64,000 nucleotides of DNA from contig CAVSPQ010000005.1 in the NCBI GenBank assembly GCA_963730045.1, positions 3,811 through 67,810 of the forward strand, read 5' to 3'. This document shows, piece by piece, positions 36,553 to 47,323 of the stretch. The notes under the pieces are model-generated. The model saw only the letters and a list, made by a program, of their open reading frames with translations. It had not been told where the DNA came from and did no database searches. The translations under genes and the position numbers were made by a program. Each line of letters starts with the position of its first letter. Position 1 is the first letter of the stretch. Source of the DNA: an uncultured Actinomycetota bacterium (GTDB lineage: Bacteria > Actinomycetota > Actinomycetes > Actinomycetales > Microbacteriaceae).

Positions 36553-37210
36553 CTCTGACTGCTGAGCATCGGGCAGGTGCTCGCGCGGCTCAGTCCCGAG
36601 TTCCCGGACCTCTCGCCGTCGAAGCTGCGGTTCCTCGAGGAGCGGCAGCTCGATCACGCCGTCGCGCACCGAGTCGGGCTACCGCAAGTTCTCGCCGAAG
36701 GATCTCGAGCGACTGCGCTTCGTGCTGTCGATGCAGCGCGACTACTACCTGCCGCTCAAGGTGATCCGCGGGTACCTCGACGACCTCGACGCGGGACGCG
36801 AGCCGGTGCTGCCCGGCGGCGCGACCGTCGCCGCGCCGTCGATGCTGCCGAGCGATCGGCGGCTGACGCGCGACGAGCTGATCAACGAGGCCGGCGCGAC
36901 GCCGATGCTGCTCAACGACGCGGTGAGCGCGTCGCTGATCGTCGCTGCCGAGCACTTCGGCGAAGACGCGCTGACCGTGCTGCGCGCGCTGGTCGAGCTG
37001 CAGCGTTCGGGGATCGAGCCGCGGCACCTGCGCGGGTTCCGTGCCGCGGCGGAGCGCGAACTGGGTCTGATCGAGAGCGCGCTGATCCCGGTCTCCCGCC
37101 GCAAGGACACGGCGAGCCGGGCGAAGGCGGGCGAGTTGGCGCGCGAGATCGCCGGGCAACTCGAGGTCGTGCGCTCGAGCCTGATCCGCTCGGCGCTCGG
37201 ACGCCTCTGA
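36553..37210 (+). CDS. MerR-family transcriptional regulator (FtsR/Rv1828-like); 2 frameshifts
   Basis: SIGQVLARLSPEFPDLSPSKLRFLEERQLI.P.RTESGYRKFSPKDLERLRFVLSMQRDYYLPLKVIRGYLDDLD ... GELAREIAGQLEVVRSSLIRSALGRL*. Confidence 0.65.
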
Positions 37211-37377
37211 CTCCGCCGCACCTCCGGCCGAAAATATGACGCCGACACGCCCGGATGTCCTTGGCCGGGCGTCGACGCGCACGGGTACCGTGTGAGCACA
37301 CGAGGATTTCACCTTCAAGTTCAACTTGAGGGTTAGCGTCCGAGCCTGTCGAGGTCCGTGCCCTTGAGGAGAGTCGC

Positions 37378-37944
37378 ATGAGCGATGTGCCGGTTGAACG
37401 GCGTGTGAATCGCAACGAGGAGTCTCGTTACGACCTCGGCCTGCTCTTCACCGACGGCATGCCCGACCTCGACGACACGTCCGGCTACCGCGGTGCCATC
37501 GCCGCACGCGCGGCCGGCATCAGCTACCGCCAGCTCGACTACTGGGCTCGCACGCAGCTGGTCGAGCCGACGGTTCGCAGCGCCGCCGGCTCCGGGTCGC
37601 AGCGCCTCTACGGCTTCCGCGACATCCTGGTTCTCAAGCTCGTCAAGCGACTGCTCGACACCGGGATCTCGCTGCAGCAGATCCGCGTCGCCGTGAACCA
37701 GCTGCGCGAGTCGGGCATCAACGACCTCGCCCAGACGACGCTCATGTCCGACGGCGCCAGCGTGTACCTCTGCACCTCCGACGACGAGGTCGTCGACCTG
37801 GTCAGCCGCGGGCAGGGCGTGTTCGGGATCGCGGTGGGCAAGGTGCTGCGCGAGGTCGAGTCGTCGCTGGTCGAGCTCGACGCCGTCGAGGCCGAAGACC
37901 CGTCGGACGAGCTCGCCGCTCGCCGCGCGACGCGCGCCAGCTAG
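37378..37944 (+). CDS. MerR-family transcriptional regulator (Rv1830-like)
   Basis: Intact 188-aa ORF; GYRGAIAARAAGISYRQLDYWARTQLVEPTVRSAAGSGSQRLYGFRDILVLKLVKRLLDTGISLQQIR. Confidence 0.65.
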   Translation: MSDVPVERRVNRNEESRYDLGLLFTDGMPDLDDTSGYRGAIAARAAGISYRQLDYWARTQLVEPTVRSAAGSGSQRLYGFRDILVLKLVKRLLDTGISLQQIRVAVNQLRESGINDLAQTTLMSDGASVYLCTSDDEVVDLVSRGQGVFGIAVGKVLREVESSLVELDAVEAEDPSDELAARRATRAS

Positions 37945-37989
37945 GGTCCGCCCTCTGTCCGTCTCGGGCTCGGGCTCGGGTTCGGGTGA

Positions 37990-38230
37990 GCGCGGACGGT
38001 GCGTTGGCCCGAGGTGCGTCAGTTCGCGGGCTGCTGCTGTTGCGGCGCCGGGAAGTCGAAACCGGGCAGGCCCGGGATGCCGGGCTGCTGCGGCTGAGGC
38101 TGCGGCTGTGCCGGATAGGTAGGCTGCTGCGGGGCGGGGAAGGTCGGCTGCTGCGCCGGCTGGTAGGCTGTCGGCTGCCGGCTGCGCGGGCCGCGGCAGG
38201 CTCGGTCAGGGCTGCTGCGGCTGCGCGGCC
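37990..38230. repeat. Short tandem codon-level repeats (gctgctgcggctg units) encoding a Pro/Gln-rich tail
   Basis: ctgctgcggctgaggctgcggctgtgccgg...gctgctgcggggcggggaaggtcggctgctgcgccggctggtaggctgtcggctgccggctgcgcgg. Confidence 0.5.
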
Positions 38231-39070
38231 GGCTCCGGCGCCTGCGGCTGCGTCAGATCGAAGCCGGGGTCACCCGCCTCGAGGCGAGCGGTGCGGAGCA
38301 CACGGTCGAGCAGCTGGTCGAAGTTGCGCGCCATCTCTTGCGCACTCTCGCCCGGCCAGATGTGCAGCGGCTTCGCGGCGCCCTGGGCCTGTTGCAGAGA
38401 TGTGCGCTCGGGCAGCTGCGGTGAGAGCACGAGCGGCCCGAACATGTCGCGCAGCTCCTTGATGCGGAACTGGTGCTCGAGCGATTGCACGCGCGCACGG
38501 TTCACGATGATGCCGAGGGGCTGGAGTCGCGGTGACAGGCCGCGGCGGATCTCCTCGATCGCGCGGAGCGCGCGGTCGGCGGCGGCGACGGAGAACAGGC
38601 CGGGCTCGGTCACGACGGCCACGCGGTCGGACGCAGCCCACGCCGTACGGGTCAGCGCGTTGAGCGAGGGTGCGCAGTCGATGAGCACCAGCTCGTAATC
38701 TTTCTCGACATGCGCGAGTGCCTCTTCGAGCTTCCAGATGTCGCGGATGCTGGGGTGCGGCCCGTCGAAATTGATCGCCGACGGCGATCCGATCAGCACG
38801 TCGATGGTGCCGCGGCGGCCCTTGGTCCAGCCGCTGGGGGCGATCGCCGAGCGGACGATCTTCTCCTTCGGGGACGCCAGAACGTCGGCCACGTTGAGGT
38901 GCCCGGCGACCGCGATGTCCATGCCGGTCGAGACGTCGGACTGCGGGTCGAGGTCGACCACGAGGGTCGACAGACCCTTGGCGAATGCCGCGGATGCGAG
39001 CCCGAGCGTGACCGTGGTCTTTCCCACGCCCCCCTTGAGGGAGCTCACGCTGAGCACATGCACGCATACG
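38013..39070 (-). CDS. ParA/MinD-family ATPase with C-terminal Pro/Gln-rich low-complexity tail; frameshift near 38206
   Basis: [45 protein letters not shown] ... LVLIDCAPSLNALTRTAWAASDRVAVVTEP ... tail PQAPEPAAQPQQP ... QPQQPGIPGLPGFDFPAPQQQQPAN*. Confidence 0.65.
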
Positions 39071-39172
39071 AACCTACCGTCAGTAGTCTGAGAGAACCCA
39101 AACCACGGCGGCACCTGTTCGGGTGTGTCCGACGTGCGCGGGAACGCCACCACGATCCGTCGAAAGGACCGC

Positions 39173-42100
39173 ATGTTCCGCAAGATCCTGGTGGCCAACC
39201 GCGGCGAGATCGCGATCCGGGCGATGCGCGCGGCCTACGAGCTCGGTGCGCTCACGGTCGCGGTGTACCCGTACGAGGATCGCAACTCGCTGCACCGGCT
39301 CAAGGCCGACGAGGCGTACCTGATCGGCGAGGAGGGCCATCCCGTCAGGGCGTACCTCGACGTCTCCGAGATCATCCGAGTCGCCAAGGAGTCCGGAGCG
39401 GACGCCATCTACCCGGGCTACGGCTTCCTCTCCGAGAACCCCGATCTCGCGCAGGCCGCGGCGGAGGCGGGCATCACGTTCATCGGCCCGGGCAGCCATG
39501 TGCTCGAAATGGCCGGCAACAAGGTCACCGCGAAAGAGCACGCGATCGCGGCCGGCGTCCCGGTGCTCAAGTCGACCCCGGCCTCCCAAGACATCAAAGA
39601 GCTGCTCACGGGCGCCGACGAGATCGGCTTCCCGGTGTTCGCCAAGGCGGTCGCCGGCGGCGGCGGGCGCGGGATGCGGCGGGTCGACGCGAAGGAAGAC
39701 CTGCGGGAGGCGCTCGAGGCCGCGATGCGCGAGGCGGACAGCGCGTTCGGCGACCCGACCATGTTCATCGAACAGGCCGTGGTGCGGCCACGGCACATCG
39801 AGGTGCAGATCCTGGCCGACGGCACGGGGGAGACCGTGCACCTGTTCGAGCGCGACTGCTCGGTGCAGCGCCGTCATCAGAAGGTCATCGAGATCGCGCC
39901 GGCACCGAACCTCGACGAGAAGATCCGGCAGGCGATGTACCGCGACGCGATCGCGTTCGCGAAGTCGATCGGGTACGTGAACGCCGGCACGGTCGAGTTC
40001 CTGCTCGACACGGCGGGGGAGCGCGCGGGCCAGCACGTCTTCATCGAGATGAACCCGCGCATCCAGGTCGAGCACACCGTGACCGAGGAGGTCACGGACG
40101 TCGACCTCGTGCAGTCGCAGATGCGGATCGCCTCGGGCGAGACGCTGGCCGACTGGGCCTGCACCAGAAGGACCTGCACCTGCGCGGTGCTGCGCTGCAG
40201 TGCCGCATCACCACGGAGGATCCGGCGGCGGGCTTCCGGCCCGACACCGGCAAGATCACGACCTACCGGTCGCCGGGTGGAGCGGGGATCCGCCTGGATG
40301 GCGGAACCGTCGCCGCGGGAGCCCAGGTCAGCCCGCACTTCGACTCGATGCTGGTCAAGATGACCTGCCGGGGACGCGACTTCGCCACCGCCGTGATGCG
40401 GACCCGCCGCGGACTCGCCGAATTCCGCCTGCGGGGCGTCACCACCAACATCCCGTTCCTCCAGGCGGTGCTCGACGATCCCGACTTCGTGGCCGGCGAC
40501 CTCAGCACGTCGTTCATCGAGGAGCGCCCGTGGCTGGTGCGCGGCCATCGGTCGAAAGACCGCGGCACCAAGATCCTGAACTGGCTCGCCGACGTGACGG
40601 TGAACCAGCCCAACGGCGACGGCGAAGGGTTGATCGATCCCGCCGCAAAGCTCCCCGTGGTGGATGTGGACACCGCGGCGCCCGACGGGTCGCGCCAGCG
40701 CCTGCTCGAGCTGGGCCCCGCCGGCTTCGCCGCCGCCCTCCGCGCGCAGACCGCCCTCGCCGTGACCGACACGACGTTCCGCGACGCCCATCAGTCCCTG
40801 CTCGCGACGCGTGTGCGCACCAAGGACCTCGTCGCGGTGCTGCCCCACGTCGCGCGGCTCACCCCCGGCCTGCTCAGCGTGGAGGCCTGGGGTGGTGCGA
40901 CCTACGACGTCGCGCTCCGCTTCCTCGGCGAGGACCCCTGGGAGCGGCTGGCGGCCATGCGCGAGGCGCTGCCGAACGTCGCCATCCAGATGCTGCTCCG
41001 CGGACGCAACACGGTGGGGTACACCCCGTATCCGACGGCTGTCACGGATGCCTTCGTGGCCGAGGCGGCGTCGACGGGCGTTGACATCTTCCGCATCTTC
41101 GACGCGCTCAATGACGTCGACCAGCTGAAGCCCGCCGTGGAGGCGGTGCTCTCCACGGGGACCGCCGTCGCCGAGGTCGCGCTCTGCTACACCGGCAACC
41201 TGCTCGATCCGACCGAAGACCTCTACACGCTCGACTACTACCTCCGCCTGGCCGACGACATGGTCGCCGCCGGCGCGCACATCCTGGCCATCAAGGACAT
41301 GGCCGGTCTGCTGCGCGCGGGCGCCGCCGAAACGCTCGTGGGCGCTCTGCGCGAGCGGTTCGATCTCCCGGTGCACGTGCACACGCACGACACCGCAGGC
41401 GGGCAGCTCGCGACTCTCCTGGCTGCCAGCCGTGCTGGTGCCGACGCCGTGGACGCCGCCAGTGCCCCGATGGCCGGTACGACGAGCCAGCCCAGCCTGT
41501 CCGCGCTGGTCGCCGCCACGGCGCACACCGACCGCGACACCGGACTCGGCCTGCAGCAGGTCAGCGACCTCGAGCCGTACTGGGAGGCGGTCCGCAAGGT
41601 CTACCGGCCGTTCGAGTCCGGCCTCGCCGGACCGACCGGACGGGTGTACCGGCACGAGATCCCGGGCGGCCAGCTGTCCAACCTGCGCCAGCAGGCGATC
41701 GCGCTCGGGCTCGGCGACCGCTTCGAGGTCATCGAGGATCTGTACGCGGCAGCCAGTGACATCCTGGGTCGTCCGCCGAAGGTGACGCCGTCATCCAAGG
41801 TGGTCGGCGACCTGGCGCTCGCTCTCGCGGCGGCCGACGCCGACCCGGCGGACTTCGAGAAGAACCCGGACAAGTACGACATCCCCGACTCGGTCGTCGG
41901 TTTCATGGCGGGGGAGCTGGGCGATCTGCCCGGCGGCTGGCCCGAGCCGTTCCGCACCAAGGTATTGAAGGGACGCGACGTCAAGATCGGCGTCGAAGAG
42001 CTGACCCCGGATGAGAGCGCTGCACTCGAGGGCGAGTCGGCCGAGCGCCGCATGGCCCTCAACCGGCTCCTGTTCGCGGGACCCACCGAAGCGTTCGAGC

Positions 42101-42570
42101 AGGTGCGCGAGCAGTTCGGCGACCTGTCGGCCGTCGAGACGCCCGACTACCTCTACGGCCTGCGCGCCGGCGTCGAGCATTCCGTCACCATCGCGCCGGG
42201 AGTGAACCTGCTCGTCGGACTCGAGGCGATCGGCGAGGCCGACGAGAAGGGCATGCGCACCGTCATGACGACGCTCAACGGGCAACTGCGGCCCGTCTTC
42301 GTGCGCGATCGCGGCATCACCGTCGAGAACAAGGCGGCAGAGAAGGCGGATGCCGCCCAGGCCGGCCAGATCGCGGCACCGTTCTCGGGCGTGGTCAGCC
42401 TCAAGGTCGCCGAGGGCGACACCGTGGAGGCCGGGCAGCAGATCGCGTCGATCGAGGCCATGAAGATGGAGGCGGCGATCACGACCCCGGTCGGCGGCAC
42501 CGTCGTACGGCTGGCCATTCCGGTCACCCAGCAGGTCGATGCCGGGGATCTGCTCGTGGTGGTGCAGTAA
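39173..42570 (+). CDS. pyc: Pyruvate carboxylase; single frameshift near 40155
   Basis: Biotin carboxylase MFRKILVANRGEIAIRAMRAA ... carboxyltransferase HTHDTAGGQLATLLAASRAGADAVD ... biotinyl domain IASIEAMKMEAAITTPVGG; ~1130 aa. Confidence 0.9.
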
Positions 42571-42664
42571 CCGCGCGTGCAGTCGCCGTCCAGACGTCGT
42601 CCAGCGGGTTGCCATAAACTGGCTGGTTGGCGCGCCCCTGCGCGAGAGTGAAAGGACCGGTCGC

Positions 42665-43907
42665 GTGAAGTTCACCGTCGACCTCCCCCCGGAGGTGCAC
42701 GAGACGCCGGACGACGAGGCGATCGTCGCGATCGACGACGTGGCCATCGCGCCGGGCGATGTCGGCGCGGTCTCCACCACATCCATCGAGATCGTCCCGG
42801 AACTTGTCATCGCCGCCGCCGAAGCCGCGCGGGCCCGCGAGCTGGAAGCGGGGGAGCCCGTCGAGGCGCGCGGCATCCCGCCGCTGCCCGAACCCGTCGT
42901 CACCCTCTCGCGCCGCGGCCGCAACTACCACGACCCTTCGGAGGACTACATGTACGAGTCGTACCTCAAGCCACGCGCCGGCAAGCCCGGCGCGCCCGAG
43001 GGGTTCTGGCCCGAACTCGTCTACGGCGTCACGCTGACCCTCGTCAACCTCGGCGACTCGAAGCCCGTGCGCGCGCGCAAGCGACTCGAAGCCCGCATCG
43101 CCAGTCCGGTGAACGACGGCGCGCGATTCATCCCGGTCATCAGCCGCAAGGGCGGTGTGGGCGCGACTACCGTCACGACCCTGCTCGGCATGGCGCTGGC
43201 CGAGGTTCGAGACGATCGCGTGCTGGCCGTCGACGCCCATCCTGACCGCGGCACGCTGGCCGAGCGGGTCACCGAGCCCGCGACGGCGAGCGTGCGGGAT
43301 GTCGTGGAGCTGGCGCCCGGGAATCCGGTCCGCCGCCGACCTGGACGGTCTCGTCGGACACGATCGCACCAGCCTCGAGGTGCTCGCGTCGGATTCCGGT
43401 CCGGAGCAGTCGCACCCCTTCGACGGCAACGCCTACAAAGTGGTCGCGGATGTCGCGGAACGGTTCTACTCGGTCGTCCTGACCGACGGAGCGAGCGGCG
43501 TTCTCGAACCCGTCATGCAGGCCGCACTCCAGCGTGCCGACGGACTCGTGGTCGTCTCCGGCGGCAGCGCCGACGAGGCACGGCTCGCGTCGGAGATCAT
43601 CGACTGGCTCGAGGCGAACGACCTGGCCGGCCTCGCCGAGAACGCGATCGTGGCGATCAACACGGCGACCACGGGAACCGTGTTCGACGCCCTTCCGCAG
43701 ATCGAGGCGCACTTTCAGTCGCGGGTGCGCGACGTCGTGCGGATCCCGTACGACGAGGAGCTCGCGGCAGGCACCCCGGTGCGCTTCGGCGCCCTTCGGC
43801 CATACACCCGCGATTCGGCGCGCGACCTGGCTGCGCTCGTCATGGACGGAGTCGCAGGCGCCGACGACGACGAGGATCAGGTCAGCGCAGCGGATCACGC
43901 CGCATGA
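42665..43907 (+). CDS. MinD/ParA-like protein with acidic N-terminal domain and degenerate Walker A (SRKGGVGATT); frameshift near 43320
   Basis: ARFIPVISRKGGVGATTVTTLLGMALAEVRDDRVLAVDAHPDRGTLAERV ... YSVVLTDGASGVLEPVMQAALQRADGLVVVSGGSADEARLASEIIDWLE. Confidence 0.55.
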
Positions 43908-44404
43908 CGGAGCGGCAGATCCGGCTCTTCGGAGACCCGGTCCTTCGTTCGGCCTCCGACCCGGTGACTGCCGAGCCCGGCGATCCGCGGATCGCGGCAC
44001 TCGTCGAGGACCTGGTCGACACCGTCGCCATGGAGGGTCGTGCCGGTGTCGCCGCGCCGCAGATCGGCGTGGGGTTGCGGGCGTTCAGCTACAACGTCGA
44101 TGACGTGGTCGGCTACGTGATCAACCCCGTGCTCGAAGTCGAGGGCGAGCCGGAGCTGGTCGAGGAGGGGTGCCTGTCCGTGCCGGGCTTCTACTTCCCG
44201 CGGCTGCGGTACCCACGCGCACGCGTGACCGGGGTCGACGTCGACGGCAAGCCCGTCGAGGTCGAGGGGGACGGCCTCATGGCGCAGGCTCTGCAGCACG
44301 AGACCGACCACCTCGACGGCAAGCTGTACATCGAGGGACTCGAGCCAGACGTCAAGCGCGACGCGATGCGGGAGATCCGCCAGGCGGACTGGTTCCGCGC
44401 CTAG
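43904..44404 (+). CDS. def: Peptide deformylase
   Basis: GVAAPQIGVGLRAFSYNV ... EGCLSVPG ... ALQHETDHLDGKLYIE. Confidence 0.85.
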   Translation: MTERQIRLFGDPVLRSASDPVTAEPGDPRIAALVEDLVDTVAMEGRAGVAAPQIGVGLRAFSYNVDDVVGYVINPVLEVEGEPELVEEGCLSVPGFYFPRLRYPRARVTGVDVDGKPVEVEGDGLMAQALQHETDHLDGKLYIEGLEPDVKRDAMREIRQADWFRA

Positions 44405-44428
44405 CGGATCTTCCCGCTGAACCTGCTC

Positions 44429-46252
44429 TCAGTGAACGAGCGACTGACCCTGGGTCGGGGCGTCGGCGTACATCCCCTCGATCTCCCGGGCGTAGTCGTT
44501 CATGATGGGGCCGCGCTTGATGCTCATCTTGGGGGTCAGATGACCGCTCGATTCGGTGAACTCGGTGGGCAGGATCACGAACTTGCGGATCGACTCCGCG
44601 CGTGACACGCGGGCATTCGCAGCATCCACGGCCTTCTGCACCTCGGCGAGCACCTTGGGGTTCTTCACCGCGTCGTCGAGTGTCATGTCGGCTGCCTCGC
44701 CGTTGTTGTTCAACCAGACCGGAAGCATCTCCGAGTCGAGCGTGATCAACGCAGCGATGAACGGCTTCTGGTCGCCGCAGACCACCACCTGGCCGACGAT
44801 CGGGTTCGCCCGGATCGGATCCTCCAGTGCTGCCGGGGCGACGTTCTTGCCGCCGGCGGTGACGAGGATCTCCTTCTTGCGGCCGGTGATCGTCAGGTAG
44901 CCCTCTTCGTCGAGAGCACCGATGTCGCCGGTCTTGAACCATTCGCCGTCGAACGTCTCGGCCGTCTCCTTGGGCTTCTTCCAGTAACCGTCGAACACGT
45001 TGACGCCCTTGACCCAGATCTCGCCGTCGTCGGCGATCTTGAGGCCGACGCCGGGTAGCGCCGGGCCGGTGGTCCCGATCTTGAACCGGGTCGTGAGGTT
45101 CACGGTCGCCGGGGCCGTCGTCTCGGTGAGGCCGTAGCCCTCGAGGATCATGACGTTCATGCTGCGGAAGAAGTGACCGAGGCGCGTGCTCAACGGTGCA
45201 GAACCCGACACCGCGTATCGGACGTTGCCGCCCATGGCCGCCTTCAGCTTGCTCAGCACGAGCCGGTCGAAGAGCGCGAATTGCAGCTTGAGGCCGAGAG
45301 GTACCTTGCCCTCGTCGAGCGCCTTCGAGTGTGCGACCGCGACATCCGCGGCCCGCCGGAAGATCTTGCCCTTGCCGCCGGCCTCCGCCTTCTGCTCGGC
45401 CGAGTTGTAGACCTTTTCGAACACGCGCGGGACCGCGAGGAGGAACGTCGGCTTGAAGCTTCCGAGCGACGGCAGTAGCTGCTTGGTGTCGGCCTGGTGC
45501 CCGACCTTCACGCCGCCGTGCACGGAGAGCACCGAGATGAACCGCGCGAACACGTGCGCCGTCGTGATGAAGAGCAGCGTCGTCGACCGCGGGTTGACCA
45601 CCTCGCTCATCGCCACAGCGGCGTTGCGGCAGGTCTCGACGAAGTTCGAGTGGGTCAGGATGCAGCCCTTGGGCACGCCGGTCGATCCCGATGTGTAGAT
45701 GAGGGTCGCAAGATCCTTTCCGACCGCCCCCGAGCGGCGCTTCTCGAGCTCGGCGTCCGTCGTCTTGGCGCCGTCCTTGGCGAGTTTCTCGATGTCGCCG
45801 TTGCTCATCTGCCAGACCTTGCTGACCTGGGGGACGTCGCCGGCGATCTCGTCGAAGCGGGTGAAATGCTCCGCGGTCTCGACGATGATCGCCGTCGCGC
45901 CCGAGTCGGTGAGGATGTACTGGATCTGCGACGGTGCCGAGGTCTCGTAGATCGGGACCAGGACGGCACCCGCGTACCAGGCCGCGAAGTCGATCAGCGT
46001 CCACTCGTAACGGGTCTTGCACATGAAGCCGATCTTCTCGCCCGGCTTGATGCCGGCGGCGATGAAGCCCTTGGCGAGGCCGACGACCTGAGCGTGGAAT
46101 TCGCGGGTGGTGACGTCCGTCCAGCCGCCGTCGGCGGTCGGGAGGGAGAACAACGCGCCATCAGGCGTCTGCTTGAGACGCTCTTCCAGCAGATCCGTGA
46201 CATTGGCCTTGGGGTCGGCCTCGACGACGGCGGGTGTGAAGTACTCGTTCAC
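44429..46252 (-). CDS. Long-chain-fatty-acid--CoA ligase (AMP-dependent synthetase; FadD15-like)
   Basis: Intact ~608-aa reading from GTG at 46252; AMP-binding LIYTSGSTGVPKGCILTHSN ... EGYGLTETT ... GWFKTGDIG ... TPKMSIKR. Confidence 0.85.
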   Translation of the reverse strand: MNEYFTPAVVEADPKANVTDLLEERLKQTPDGALFSLPTADGGWTDVTTREFHAQVVGLAKGFIAAGIKPGEKIGFMCKTRYEWTLIDFAAWYAGAVLVPIYETSAPSQIQYILTDSGATAIIVETAEHFTRFDEIAGDVPQVSKVWQMSNGDIEKLAKDGAKTTDAELEKRRSGAVGKDLATLIYTSGSTGVPKGCILTHSNFVETCRNAAVAMSEVVNPRSTTLLFITTAHVFARFISVLSVHGGVKVGHQADTKQLLPSLGSFKPTFLLAVPRVFEKVYNSAEQKAEAGGKGKIFRRAADVAVAHSKALDEGKVPLGLKLQFALFDRLVLSKLKAAMGGNVRYAVSGSAPLSTRLGHFFRSMNVMILEGYGLTETTAPATVNLTTRFKIGTTGPALPGVGLKIADDGEIWVKGVNVFDGYWKKPKETAETFDGEWFKTGDIGALDEEGYLTITGRKKEILVTAGGKNVAPAALEDPIRANPIVGQVVVCGDQKPFIAALITLDSEMLPVWLNNNGEAADMTLDDAVKNPKVLAEVQKAVDAANARVSRAESIRKFVILPTEFTESSGHLTPKMSIKRGPIMNDYAREIEGMYADAPTQGQSLVH

Positions 46253-46325
46253 GGCAGCTCCTTCGGTACGCGTGGGCGGGTGTCTCAACTGTAACCGTTC
46301 GCAGCGAACCGTAGACTTCGAGATC

Positions 46326-47276
46326 GTGCATGCCATCGGGATCGACATCGGCGGGACCAAGATCGCTGGCGCCCTGGTCAGTGAGGCGGGGGAGATCCTC
46401 CGCCTCGAGAAGCGTTCGACGCCGGCGGGCGATCCGGTTGCCATCGTCGACCTCGTCGTCGGCCTGATCACCGAACTGGGAGAAGGGGAGGACGTCTCAG
46501 CGGCCGGTGTCGCAGCCGCCGGGTTCATCGACAAAGAGCAGTCGATCGTCTACTACGCCCCCAACATCAACTGGCGCAGCGAGCCCTTCCGGCAGCACCT
46601 CACCGATCTGCTTCCCGGACTCGACATCACGATCGACAACGATGCGAACGCCGCCGGCTGGGCCGAGTACCGGTTCGGTGCCGGCCGCGGCGCGACCGAC
46701 ATGACACTGCTGACGATCGGCACGGGCGTCGGCGGGGCGGTGGTCGCGGACGGCGAGCTGTTCCGCGGCGGCTTCGGTGCCGCCGGCGAGATCGGCCATC
46801 TGCGGGTCGTCCCGAACGGGCTGCCGTGCGGATGCGGCGCCCGCGGCTGCATCGAGCAGTACGGGTCGGGGCGCGCACTCCTCCGCATGGCGAACGAGAT
46901 GGCGGATGCCGGAGGCATCGGCCAGAATCTCGCGGACGTCCGCGCGGCGAACGACGGCGTCCTCGAGGGTCCGGCGGTCGCCGCACTCATCGCGGAGCAC
47001 GATCCCGGAGCACTGGCCGCCCTCCGCGAGCTCGGCGGCTGGCTGGGACAGGCGTGCGCGTCCATCGGCGCCGTCCTCGATCCGCAGCTGTTCGTCTTCG
47101 GCGGCGGAGTCGCGATCGCGGGGGAGTCCCTGCTCGAGCCGATCCGCGAGGCCTACCTCGCGAACCTCCCAGCGCGCGGATTCCACCCGGAACCGGCGTT
47201 CACGACCGCCGAACTGGTGAACGACGCCGGCGTCGTCGGTGCCGCCGACCTCGCGCGCGTGCATCTCGGCGGGTAA
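46326..47276 (+). CDS. ROK-family glucokinase
   Basis: IGIDIGGTKIAGALV ... ITIDNDANAAGWAEYRFGAG ... EIGHLRVVPNGLPCGCGARGCIEQYGSG. Confidence 0.75.
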   Translation: MHAIGIDIGGTKIAGALVSEAGEILRLEKRSTPAGDPVAIVDLVVGLITELGEGEDVSAAGVAAAGFIDKEQSIVYYAPNINWRSEPFRQHLTDLLPGLDITIDNDANAAGWAEYRFGAGRGATDMTLLTIGTGVGGAVVADGELFRGGFGAAGEIGHLRVVPNGLPCGCGARGCIEQYGSGRALLRMANEMADAGGIGQNLADVRAANDGVLEGPAVAALIAEHDPGALAALRELGGWLGQACASIGAVLDPQLFVFGGGVAIAGESLLEPIREAYLANLPARGFHPEPAFTTAELVNDAGVVGAADLARVHLGG

Positions 47277-47323
47277 CGACGAGGTCACGCTTCGCTAGGC
47301 TGGGCCCCTGGGAGGTCGGACGC

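Noticed and set aside
37990-38230. Short tandem repeats considered as a possible CRISPR or VNTR array
   Set aside because: Units are ~12-13 bp, in frame, and encode a Pro/Gln-rich protein tail. There is no spacer-repeat architecture and no cas genes anywhere in the window.
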